NCBI GenBank assembly: GCA_002482805.1
Contig: DLGR01000034.1
Coordinates: 106,208 to 170,207, forward strand
Reading direction: 5' to 3'
From: Micavibrio sp. UBA7689
GTDB taxonomy: Bacteria > Pseudomonadota > Alphaproteobacteria > Micavibrionales > Micavibrionaceae
Length of the DNA: 64,000 bases
Shown piece after piece: positions 55,795 to 64,000 of this stretch (position 1 is its first letter; each line of letters starts with the position of its first letter). The translations under genes were made by a program, and so were the position numbers. A model generated the notes under the pieces. The model searched no databases. It was not told the DNA's origin and saw nothing but the letters and a program-made list of their open reading frames with translations.

Positions 55795-56448
55795 GTGGTT
55801 CGCACCATGTTTAAAGCCAATTTCATTGAGAAAGTCGATCCGGACCCTTACCCGCGCGGTAGCGGCTCCTCGGTTGTACTGCTCACCAAAAGAGACATCC
55901 CTGATTTCCTGAATCTGCAACAACAGATTTGGAACGATTTGCCTCTGCGCAAGAAAGACCACTTGAAGGTTTTCTCGGTGCAGGAAATCGTCGACCACAT
56001 GGACGCGGGCATGCCCGTTCTGGCCATCCGCGACTATAATGGCGGCTTGCTGGCGCAGGCAGTTCTCTCCCTGCCCTTCGACAAATACGGTAACCCGTAT
56101 CTTGACGATCACCCCATGCTCGAAGGCTATGATGACGGCATTTCGGTGCTCGAATCGCTTTGCGTGCGTCCCGATGTTGCACACCAGCATCTGGCCGACA
56201 TGCTTTTGGCCTATGCGCAGGGTCTTGCAACGCAGCAAGGATCGCCCAGCATTCTGGCCAAGGTGTCGGACGAGCCCATGCTCGGTGCCGAATCCTTTGA
56301 CCGTTCGGGTTTTGTGCAGACGCTCTGTGAACTGAATATCGACATCGATATCCCCGTTCACTTCTATCAGTGGCTGAAATTCCGCGAGAGCGACGAGAAA
56401 TACATGGATCCGAACAACTATCCGGAATACCTGTACGACATGCACTAG
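55795..56448 (+). CDS. GNAT-fold protein, paralog B (degenerate acetyl-CoA P-loop)
   Basis: 217 aa. LLTKRDIPDFLNLQQQIW..LP..KKDHLK...MPVLAIRDYNGGLLAQAVLSL aligns with paralog A. Motif A reads VRPDVAHQHLADMLL instead of R-G-x-G/A. Confidence 0.55.
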   Translation: MVRTMFKANFIEKVDPDPYPRGSGSSVVLLTKRDIPDFLNLQQQIWNDLPLRKKDHLKVFSVQEIVDHMDAGMPVLAIRDYNGGLLAQAVLSLPFDKYGNPYLDDHPMLEGYDDGISVLESLCVRPDVAHQHLADMLLAYAQGLATQQGSPSILAKVSDEPMLGAESFDRSGFVQTLCELNIDIDIPVHFYQWLKFRESDEKYMDPNNYPEYLYDMH

Positions 56449-56455
56449 ATAAATT

Positions 56456-56514
56456 AACGTTTCTCCCTATATAATAGAAGGACGCAAACCCTTCTAAAAA
56501 ATGGGAGAAACGTT
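56456..56514 (+). repeat. 12-bp perfect inverted repeat AACGTTTCTCCC...GGGAGAAACGTT enclosing a 6-bp inner hairpin; its 3' arm contains the argD Shine-Dalgarno
   Basis: Arms at 56456-56467 and 56503-56514. Inner stem AGAAGG/CCTTCT at 56476-56481/56490-56495. TTT and then the ATG (56518) follow. Confidence 0.7.
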
Positions 56515-56517
56515 TTT

Positions 56518-57711
56518 ATGGCCGACGCCGGTTTCCTAGATCACGCCAACGACATCCTTATAAACGTATACGGCTTCTGGCCTGTCCAGATGGCAAAGGG
56601 CAAAGGCGTCTATCTCTACGACACCGAAGGACACAAATATCTCGATTTCGGCGCGGGCATCGCGGTCAACAATCTCGGTTATGCCCACCCCGTCTATACC
56701 AAGGCTCTCAAGAAACAGATTGATAAGCTCCATATGGGGCTTTGCTACATCGCCGATGAAAAACGCATCGCAGCGGCGGAAACGATTCTGGCGATTTCCG
56801 AATTCGATCAGGTGTTCTTTTGCTCTACGGGCGCGGAAGCCGTCGAAGGCGCGTTAAAGACCGCCCGCAAATGGGCCACCGAAACGCACGGCGCGGACAA
56901 ACATGAATTCGTCTATATGAAGAACTCCTTCCACGGGCGCACGATGGGCGCGCTCTCCGTGATCGGCCAGCAACATTACCGCGACGGCTTCGAACCCTTG
57001 CTTCAGGGCACGCGCATGGCGGAATTCAACAATCTCGACAGCGTGAAAAAACTCGTCTCCGCCAAAACCGCGGCGATCATTCTGGAACCCGTGATGGGCG
57101 AAGGCGGCATCATTCCCGCCACGCCCGAATTTCTCCATGGCCTGCGCGCGCTGTGCGACGAACACGACATTGCGTTGATATTCGATGAAGTCCAGTGCGG
57201 TATGGGCCGCATCGGCGAAATCTTCGCCTATGAACATTACGGCTTAGTACCAGACCTGATCTGTCTGGCCAAAGGTCTTGGCGCGGGCTTCCCCGTCGGC
57301 GCCTATATGGGCAAAAAGAAATTCACCTCGCACATCACGCCCGGCTCTCACGGCTCCACCTATGGCGGCAATCCGCTGGCGACCACGGCGGTCACCACCG
57401 TTATCAAGGAAATGCTCAAACCCGGTTTCATGGATAACGTGAACAAGGTGGGTCAGGTTTTGAAAGACGGGCTGGAAGAGATCGCGCGCGACAGCAATCT
57501 TCTTTCCAACGTGCGAGGTCTGGGTATGCTGCTCGCCGCCGACTATAACGGCGGACCCGTGAAGGATTTTGTGAAGAAGTGCCTCAAGAACGGCTTGATC
57601 GTACTTTCCTGCGGTGAAAACGCGGTCCGCATCGTTCCGCCGCTTATTTTGACGGAAAAACAGGCCAAAGAAGGCCTCGCCATCCTGAAAAAGACGCTGG
57701 CACAGGTTTAA
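56518..57711 (+). CDS. argD: acetylornithine aminotransferase
   Basis: 397 aa, class III PLP aminotransferase. LIFDEVQCGMGRIG...LAKGLGAGFP...THGSTYGGNPLA. Confidence 0.9.
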   Translation: MADAGFLDHANDILINVYGFWPVQMAKGKGVYLYDTEGHKYLDFGAGIAVNNLGYAHPVYTKALKKQIDKLHMGLCYIADEKRIAAAETILAISEFDQVFFCSTGAEAVEGALKTARKWATETHGADKHEFVYMKNSFHGRTMGALSVIGQQHYRDGFEPLLQGTRMAEFNNLDSVKKLVSAKTAAIILEPVMGEGGIIPATPEFLHGLRALCDEHDIALIFDEVQCGMGRIGEIFAYEHYGLVPDLICLAKGLGAGFPVGAYMGKKKFTSHITPGSHGSTYGGNPLATTAVTTVIKEMLKPGFMDNVNKVGQVLKDGLEEIARDSNLLSNVRGLGMLLAADYNGGPVKDFVKKCLKNGLIVLSCGENAVRIVPPLILTEKQAKEGLAILKKTLAQV

Positions 57712-57731
57712 GTTTCCGCTATAAATCTCCT

Positions 57732-58628
57732 ATGACCAACCATTTCCTCGATTTCGCGGATATTCCCGCCGCGACCCTGCGCGCCATTCTCGATGATGCC
57801 CATCGCCAGAAGAAGGAAAAGCGCAACCCCCGTCAGGTGCTCGAAGGTCTCTCGCTCGCGATGATGTTCGACAAGCGCTCCACGCGCACGCGCATCTCAT
57901 TCGAGGTCGCGATGAAACAACTCGGCGGCCACACCATCGTCATGGATATGCAGAACATGCAAATCACGGGCGCCGAAAGCCCCGAAGATACCGCAAAGGT
58001 TCTCTCGCGTTTCGTCGATGCCATCATGATACGCTGCTCTGATCAGGATATACTTCATGAACTTGCAAAATACGCGACCATTCCGATCATCAACGGCATG
58101 ACGGACAAATCCCATCCCTGCCAGATCATGGCGGACCTCATGACCATCGAGGAAAAAATCGGTGATGTGAAAGGCAAGAAGATCGCTTGGTTCGGTGATT
58201 ACAACAATGTCTCGCGTACCTTCGTTCAGGCGTCCAAGAAATTCGGGTTCGATTTCGTCGCCGCCCTGCCGTCGCAACTGCATCTTAAGGCCGACATGGG
58301 CACGCTTGTCACGGACGATCCGAAACTCGCGGCGAAGGATGCCGATGCTTTGGTCACCGACACATGGGTATCTATGGGACAGGAAGGAAAGTCGATCGAT
58401 ATGTTCCGTCCCTATCAGGTAACCAAGGAATTGATGGATCTGGCCAAACCGCACGCTGTCTTCATGCATTGTATGCCTGTGCACAAGGATGAGGAAGTGT
58501 CCGAGGAAGTGCTGCGTGGACCCGCCAATGTCATGTACGACGAGGCCGAAAACCGCCTGCACATACAAAAAGCCATACTGGCATGGTGTCTGTCCGATGC
58601 GGGCGTTAAAATCAGCCGCTCCGCGTAA
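57732..58628 (+). CDS. argF: ornithine carbamoyltransferase
   Basis: 298 aa with STRTR, HPCQ and FMHCMP motifs. Confidence 0.92.
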   Translation: MTNHFLDFADIPAATLRAILDDAHRQKKEKRNPRQVLEGLSLAMMFDKRSTRTRISFEVAMKQLGGHTIVMDMQNMQITGAESPEDTAKVLSRFVDAIMIRCSDQDILHELAKYATIPIINGMTDKSHPCQIMADLMTIEEKIGDVKGKKIAWFGDYNNVSRTFVQASKKFGFDFVAALPSQLHLKADMGTLVTDDPKLAAKDADALVTDTWVSMGQEGKSIDMFRPYQVTKELMDLAKPHAVFMHCMPVHKDEEVSEEVLRGPANVMYDEAENRLHIQKAILAWCLSDAGVKISRSA

Positions 58629-58662
58629 TGAACCTTTGCCCCCTTATATTGGTTTGTGGCTT

Positions 58663-59511
58663 ATGAATTTTAAAGAATTGATGGATAGTCGCGCCGCGCA
58701 GTATTTTCTGCGCCTCTTTCAAAATCTTTCCGAAGATTATATCGGCCTGCTCGCGGCGGGCGTGGCATTTTACTTCTTTCTGGCCGCCTTTCCCGCGATA
58801 GCTTCGGTCATTTCCATCTACGGCATTTTTTCCGATCCAAAATTCGTGACCGCGCAGATAGAAGAACTCGCGCGTTTCATTCCGCCGGAATCTTTTAAAA
58901 TCCTGCACGATCAGGCACAGGAAATCGCCTCCGCCGATCCCGCCGCGCTCGGCCTTGGCGTGCTTGTGGGGATTGGCTTGACGCTCTTTTCCACGGCCAA
59001 GGGTGTCGGTGCATTGATACGCGGTCTCAACATCGCCTACAACACGCGTGAACGCCGTAACATCCTCGTGTTCAACTCGGTTTCGTTCCTTTTGACGTTC
59101 GTCATGCTCGGCTATGTTTTGTTTGCACTCTCGCTGATTGCATTCCTGCCCGCCTTCTTCGCGCTCATCCACATGCCGCAATCGATCACGGATATTTATC
59201 TGTTTTTGCGTTGGCCGCTTTTGATGCTCTCCGCCATGATCGGATTGCAGATGATCTATTTCTACGCGCCGTGCCATACAAAACGCGAATGGAAATGGTT
59301 TTCATGGGGTGCGCTAGTCGCTACCCTCTTCTGGGTCGGCGGTTCGTCCCTGTTCTCGCTCTTTGTCACCAATTTCGGCAAATACAACGAAACTTACGGC
59401 TCGCTGGGCGCGGTTGCTGTCCTACTCCTGTGGTTCTGGCTTTCCGCTTTAACGATTCTGTTAGGGGCGGAAATCAACGCCAGTTTCCGACCAAAACCCG
59501 AGCGTTCCTAA
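58663..59511 (+). CDS. YihY/BrkB (ribonuclease BN-like) family membrane protein
   Basis: The ATG at 58663 gives MNFKELMDSRAAQYFLRLFQNLSEDYIGLLAAGVAFYFFLAAFP. The ORF track extension from 58489 overlaps argF. Confidence 0.82.
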   Translation: MNFKELMDSRAAQYFLRLFQNLSEDYIGLLAAGVAFYFFLAAFPAIASVISIYGIFSDPKFVTAQIEELARFIPPESFKILHDQAQEIASADPAALGLGVLVGIGLTLFSTAKGVGALIRGLNIAYNTRERRNILVFNSVSFLLTFVMLGYVLFALSLIAFLPAFFALIHMPQSITDIYLFLRWPLLMLSAMIGLQMIYFYAPCHTKREWKWFSWGALVATLFWVGGSSLFSLFVTNFGKYNETYGSLGAVAVLLLWFWLSALTILLGAEINASFRPKPERS

Positions 59512-59544
59512 GACTTTACGGTTTTCATAAACTTACAGGAAAAT

Positions 59545-59565
59545 AAATGAGAATAATTCTCATTT
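59545..59565. repeat. perfect palindrome AAATGAGAAT-A-ATTCTCATTT
   Basis: 10-bp arms, 34 nt after the yihY stop. A second hairpin CTTATTC-CCGA-GAATAAG is at 59610-59627. Confidence 0.6.
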
Positions 59566-59672
59566 TAGCCATTGACGGTTTGGTTCCAATCCCGTAATTG
59601 ATAATCATTCTTATTCCCGAGAATAAGTCCCTAAGAATGGACAAACGACATAATAAAAGGTGTGAACGTACA

Positions 59673-59936
59673 ATGACCTCTGCAACCCCCTTATTTACCC
59701 TCGCTACCGAAAAAGCGCTTCCCGAAGTTACGCATCCGTCCAAAGAAGTGATAGGCGGCCGCCTTTATGAAGCTGTGTCGCAATGTGAAAAGCGCGGCGG
59801 TCTTATTCTGAACGATGCCAAATTCGCTATGGAACTTGGCGGCGGTCATGCAGCCCAGCAGACGCTTATCGAAGGTATCAAAAGAGCTGATGCCGAAGGT
59901 TGCGCAGTACAGATCCAAGCCTTCAATCACTCTTAA
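59673..59936 (+). CDS. hypothetical small protein 1 of 3 (87 aa)
   Basis: The ATG at 59673 lies 10 nt after AAGGTG. The ORF track starts at TTG 59598. Confidence 0.4.
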   Translation: MTSATPLFTLATEKALPEVTHPSKEVIGGRLYEAVSQCEKRGGLILNDAKFAMELGGGHAAQQTLIEGIKRADAEGCAVQIQAFNHS

Positions 59937-59951
59937 TTACACGAGAAATTG

Positions 59952-60218
59952 ATGGGAATTGTTTTTTCCGATCAAAGCGTCACTTCCCTGACGGAAGAAA
60001 TGCACAGATTTGTGTATTTCCTTCCGCAAGGTTACAGCATCACGGTCGAAACGGCAGACGTTGAAATCTCCCGCGATATCGGAACCGTTCTCGCCAAAAC
60101 ATTTATGAAAGCGGGACGGGAGACCACGGAGGAGCTTGCAGGGAAACATGTCGTCAAAGGCAGAGAACTAAACTTCCCTATTTCCTGCACCCTTAAACAA
60201 GACGCCACCATTCACTGA
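59952..60218 (+). CDS. hypothetical small protein 2 of 3 (88 aa)
   Basis: The ATG lies 15 nt after the preceding stop. Confidence 0.4.
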   Translation: MGIVFSDQSVTSLTEEMHRFVYFLPQGYSITVETADVEISRDIGTVLAKTFMKAGRETTEELAGKHVVKGRELNFPISCTLKQDATIH

Positions 60219-60225
60219 GTTCGAT

Positions 60226-60522
60226 ATGATCGTTAAAGATATCTTCGGTATTAAAACAACCATCAACGGCTTCGTCCCTGAAGATGATTACACGCACAGA
60301 ACGGATTGCGGGCTTGTCATCACCGTGAATGCGGGTGTTTATCACCAATCAAGAGAAGCCGCACACAGATTGGCCGCCGTGTATGATGCCGCCAACAGCA
60401 CCCCTTTGAAAATGAGGGCCGATTCGGAAGCCAACCGGGCTTTTGCCGCCGAAAGACGTTTTTCCTGCAATGTTTCGCAGGAAATAAAACTGTTACCCGC
60501 CCCCGCGCCTGTGGTTGTTTAG
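60226..60522 (+). CDS. hypothetical small protein 3 of 3 (98 aa)
   Basis: The ATG lies 7 nt after the preceding stop. Confidence 0.4.
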   Translation: MIVKDIFGIKTTINGFVPEDDYTHRTDCGLVITVNAGVYHQSREAAHRLAAVYDAANSTPLKMRADSEANRAFAAERRFSCNVSQEIKLLPAPAPVVV

Positions 60523-60559
60523 GCTTCGCGGCCCCGCCCTTTCCTGCTAAATATGGGGA

Positions 60560-62173
60560 ATGGCTGACAAACTTCTAGACGTCAAAAACCTTTCCGTTGA
60601 TTTCAAAACCACCGATGGCGCGTTCCATGCGGTCAAAAATGTTTCCTTCTCGATAAACAAGGGCGAAACGCTGGCTCTGGTCGGCGAATCCGGCTCGGGC
60701 AAATCCGTTACCGCGCTTTCGATCATGCAGCTTCTCCCGTATCCCCTCGCCTCGCATCCCTCGGGAAGCATCACGTTCGAAGGTCAGGAACTGGTCGGCA
60801 AGAAAGAAACTTTCCTGCGCACAATCCGCGGCTCGCAGATCGGGATGATCTTTCAGGAGCCGATGACAGCGCTGAACCCGCTGCACACGATTGAACGCCA
60901 GATCGGCGAGATTTTGAAACTCCATCAAAAAATGAACGAAGCCGCCGTTAAAAAACGCGTGCTCGAATTGATGGATCTGGTGCAACTCCCGAAATTGAAA
61001 GACCGTCTCAACGCCTACCCGCATGAACTCTCGGGCGGACAGCGCCAGCGCGTGATGATCGCGATGGCCCTCGCCAACAATCCCGAACTTCTGATCGCGG
61101 ACGAGCCTACCACAGCGCTCGATGTCACGGTGCAGGCGGAAATTCTGGAGCTGCTCGAACGTCTGCAAAAAGAACTCAATATGGCGATGCTGATTATCAC
61201 ACATGATCTTTCCATTGTTGAAAAATTCGCGGACCATGTCTGCGTGATGAAAAACGGTGAAATCGTTGAACAAAACGCGACTACCGCTTTGTTTTCCGCC
61301 CCCAAGCAGGAATATACGAAGATGTTGCTGTCATCCCAACCGCGCGGCGTTGCCAAACCCGCCCCCGATATTTCGCCTGTGGTGCTCGAAGCCAAAGATA
61401 TCCGCGTGCATTTCCCCCGTGCCAAAAACTGGTACGGCAAAGTCACGGAAGTGGTGAAAGCCGTGGATGGTTTGAACGTCACTATCAAGCAGGGCCACAC
61501 GGTGGGCGTGGTCGGTGAATCGGGCTCGGGTAAATCCACGCTCGGCTTTGCCCTGCTCCGCCTCGTCAACGGCCAAGGTCAGATCAAATTCAACGGCGCG
61601 GATATCTCCGCCTATAACCGCAAACAAATGACGCCGCTCCGTGAAGACATGCAGATCGTGTTTCAGGATCCGTTCGGCTCATTGTCTCCGCGCATGTCTG
61701 TCGCTGAAATCATCGGTGAAGGATTGAAAGTCCACCGAGCGAATTTAACGCCCGCAGAGCGCGACGAACTGGTGGTAAAAGTCCTCAACGATGTGCATTT
61801 AAACCCCGACACGCGCCATCGCTACCCGCATGAATTTTCGGGCGGCCAGCGCCAGCGTATCGCCATCGCACGCGCCATGGTACTGGAACCCAAATTCGTG
61901 GTGCTGGATGAACCCACGTCCGCGCTTGATGTTTCCGTGCAATCGCAGATCGTCGATCTCTTGCGCGAACTGCAGGAAAAACACAATCTTGCCTATCTGT
62001 TTATATCGCATGACTTACGCGTCGTGCGGGCCATGGCGCATGATCTGATCGTGATGAAGGATGGTGTTGTTGTAGAATCAGGCCCAGCGTCGCAAATCTT
62101 CGCGAACCCTAAACAAAGCTATACCAAAATCTTGATGGAAGCCGCGCTGAATCTTAAAGCACGTGCGGCATAA
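60560..62173 (+). CDS. yejF: peptide ABC transporter ATP-binding protein YejF (two fused ABC domains)
   Basis: 537 aa. Two Walker A motifs (GESGSGKS twice), two LSGGQRQR signatures, two Walker B motifs. Confidence 0.88.
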   Translation: MADKLLDVKNLSVDFKTTDGAFHAVKNVSFSINKGETLALVGESGSGKSVTALSIMQLLPYPLASHPSGSITFEGQELVGKKETFLRTIRGSQIGMIFQEPMTALNPLHTIERQIGEILKLHQKMNEAAVKKRVLELMDLVQLPKLKDRLNAYPHELSGGQRQRVMIAMALANNPELLIADEPTTALDVTVQAEILELLERLQKELNMAMLIITHDLSIVEKFADHVCVMKNGEIVEQNATTALFSAPKQEYTKMLLSSQPRGVAKPAPDISPVVLEAKDIRVHFPRAKNWYGKVTEVVKAVDGLNVTIKQGHTVGVVGESGSGKSTLGFALLRLVNGQGQIKFNGADISAYNRKQMTPLREDMQIVFQDPFGSLSPRMSVAEIIGEGLKVHRANLTPAERDELVVKVLNDVHLNPDTRHRYPHEFSGGQRQRIAIARAMVLEPKFVVLDEPTSALDVSVQSQIVDLLRELQEKHNLAYLFISHDLRVVRAMAHDLIVMKDGVVVESGPASQIFANPKQSYTKILMEAALNLKARAA

Positions 62174-63895
62174 TTATTCGCCCATGGCCGTTCCTTCACG
62201 ACGGGAATCCGCGGCGCCCGTCATCATGCCGTTGGCGAACGATATGGCGGTAATACCGCTGACGAGCCCGAGTACTTTCACGGGATGACCTTTGGCTTTC
62301 AACGATTCCGCCATCACGGCTGCGCCTTCTTCCATTTCGATTTCGCGGCCGCGGTTGATGACATTGGGCGCCGCCAGCGCGGAAACCAGATCCTGTTTCC
62401 AATCGATCATTGCAATTACGCGCTGTAAAATATAACCCGGAATGCCCGAACCGCCCGCCGATCCGATCACGAGAAACGGTTTGCCGTCGGGAGAGAACAC
62501 AATCAAAGGTGCGGCGTCATAGAGCGGACGCTTGCCGCCTTCGGCGCGATTAGCCACGGGCTTGCCGTCGACTTCGGGTACGAAGGAAAATTCCCCGAGT
62601 TGGTTGTTCAACATAAAACCGTTCACCATGATACGTGATCCGAATGTGTCCTGTACGCTCGACGTCATGGAAACGATATTGCCGCGGGCATCGACGATGG
62701 AGATATGCGACGTACCGGGTGGTTTCGGATAAACGGGTTCTCTGGCGGCGGGTTTCAATTTTTCCCATCCCGACGGATTGCCGTACATCACTTTCAGGCT
62801 CGCCGTGTCCGGTGATATCAACGCCGCACGGGTTTTCAGGTAATTCCCATCCAGCAAACGTTCGCCGGGGCTTTGCACGTAATGCGGATCGCCCATGTAA
62901 TAATTTTTATCGGCCAGCGCGAGACGCTCCGCCTCAACAATCAAATTCCACGCGCCCGCATCCATCGCGCCTTTGGAAGCCATATCGAAATTGGCGACAA
63001 CGCCGAGCGCGGACAACACCATCATCCCGCCTGCGGTCGGCTCCCCCGCCGTGCAGATCAGATAACCGCGATAGGTTTTGCAAACCGATTTACGCTCGAT
63101 CGCTTCATAGGAAGCCATGTCCTCGATAGAAAGAAGCCCGGGATTATCACGATCGTCATGCACACGTTTGGCGACCAGTTCTGCATTTGCACCTTTGTAA
63201 AAAGCATCGGGACCATCCAGAGCGATCTTGCGCAGCAGACTGGCGTAGAGGTAATTCTTCAGGCGTCCGCCTTCGTTAATCGGCGTCGCGGCATCGGGAA
63301 AGAAATACAGCAGTGCGTCATTGAAGAATTGCAGATTGCCTTCATCCTTTGCCACCGCCGCCGCAAGGCGTTTGGAAACGGTGAAACCCTCTTCGGCCAA
63401 ACCTATCGTGGGTGAAAACAAATCGCGCCAAGGCCTGCTCCCGAATTTCTTGTGCATCATCTCGAGCGCGCGCAAAGTGCCGGGAACGCCGACCGCGCGA
63501 CCGCCCACTGCGGCATCTTCGAATGACATGGGTTTGCCGTCCTCACCGCGGAACAGATATTGCCCCGCCTCCATCGGCGCGGTTTCGCGGCCATCGAACG
63601 TGTGAACTTGTTTCGTGACCGCATCATAATAGAGAGCAACCGTGCCGCCGCCGATGCCCGATGCCTGCGGCTCCACCAAACCCAATGTGAGCTGGACTGC
63701 CACGGCAGCATCCGCCGCACTGCCCCCGCTTTTAAGGATCTCGTATCCTATGCGCGTTGCTTCGGGGTGGGCCGTTACCACCATGATTTTGCTGCCATAA
63801 GCCGTTTGGGATTGTGCGTGCGCGGGGCCTGAAAAGACCGTCAGAATGCTCAATATTTGTAAAAAAGCCAGATTTTTCATAGAATTAAGGGGCAA
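62174..63895 (-). CDS. ggt: gamma-glutamyltransferase
   Basis: 573 aa with a signal peptide and an autoprocessing site context PPGTSHISIVDARGN. GGT family motifs throughout. Confidence 0.9.
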   Translation of the reverse strand: MPLNSMKNLAFLQILSILTVFSGPAHAQSQTAYGSKIMVVTAHPEATRIGYEILKSGGSAADAAVAVQLTLGLVEPQASGIGGGTVALYYDAVTKQVHTFDGRETAPMEAGQYLFRGEDGKPMSFEDAAVGGRAVGVPGTLRALEMMHKKFGSRPWRDLFSPTIGLAEEGFTVSKRLAAAVAKDEGNLQFFNDALLYFFPDAATPINEGGRLKNYLYASLLRKIALDGPDAFYKGANAELVAKRVHDDRDNPGLLSIEDMASYEAIERKSVCKTYRGYLICTAGEPTAGGMMVLSALGVVANFDMASKGAMDAGAWNLIVEAERLALADKNYYMGDPHYVQSPGERLLDGNYLKTRAALISPDTASLKVMYGNPSGWEKLKPAAREPVYPKPPGTSHISIVDARGNIVSMTSSVQDTFGSRIMVNGFMLNNQLGEFSFVPEVDGKPVANRAEGGKRPLYDAAPLIVFSPDGKPFLVIGSAGGSGIPGYILQRVIAMIDWKQDLVSALAAPNVINRGREIEMEEGAAVMAESLKAKGHPVKVLGLVSGITAISFANGMMTGAADSRREGTAMGE

Positions 63896-64000
63896 CCCGC
63901 CATTGAGACTTGCATTTGCGCCAGTTTGCCGTTAATTAACGGGCCTGCTGACTATGACTTTACTGTCATAAATTTAAAAAGAAAGAGGTGATTTGATTTG

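Noticed and set aside
1-64000. CRISPR arrays, transposases or integrases, prophage blocks, tRNA/rRNA genes, toxin-antitoxin or restriction-type defence genes
   Set aside because: I found no spaced direct repeats, no recombinase-like ORFs and no tRNA-like cloverleaf candidates in the intergenic regions I read. The only substantial repeat is the duplicated GNAT leader plus gene unit.

Overview
This 64 kb window looks alphaproteobacterial, with moderate GC judged by eye. I found no rRNA, tRNA, CRISPR array, transposase or integrase. Positions 1-37.8 kb form a flagellar super-locus. Its structural and export genes are fliM (partial), fliL, flgFGAH, flgI-flgJ-(flbY-like)-fliK-flgD-flgE, one large flagellin, fliFGHN, flhA, flhF-flhG and fliJ-fliI. 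The same locus encodes a full Caulobacter-type regulatory set: ctrA, a sciP-like DUF1153 gene, flbD, fliX, flbT and flaF, plus dksA. No fliA (sigma28) gene is present. Two near-consensus sigma54 promoters (TGGCAC-N5-TCGC) precede flgF and flgI. Each lies about 100-125 bp downstream of a GGCAAA-N-TTTGCC-type palindrome that I read as an FlbD enhancer. The flagellin gene instead has a perfect CtrA box (TTAA-N7-TTAA) and no sigma54 promoter. Positions 37.8-64 kb are housekeeping genes: an ArnT/ArnE/ArnC-like glycosylation trio, pgsA, pyrD, kdsB, argB, argD, argF, ggt, and a yejABEF peptide ABC importer whose four genes are scattered over 18.7 kb. The most interesting signal sits between argB and argD. 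Two tandem paralogous GNAT genes are each preceded by a conserved leader of about 210 bp. Each leader has a sigma70-like promoter placed so the transcript should begin at the ATG of a 17-codon upstream ORF (MIDMAHSIICSQRRRTA and MILMDHNIINSRTRSTI). The uORF stop codon opens a conserved long helix, and a terminator hairpin with a U-tract follows. This looks like an undescribed ribosome-mediated attenuator or arrest-peptide switch. Arginine sensing is suggested by the Arg codons and the arg context. Antibiotic-induced stalling is suggested by the R-x-R motif. All calls rest on reading the sequence and ORF translations by eye. No database search or folding program was run.
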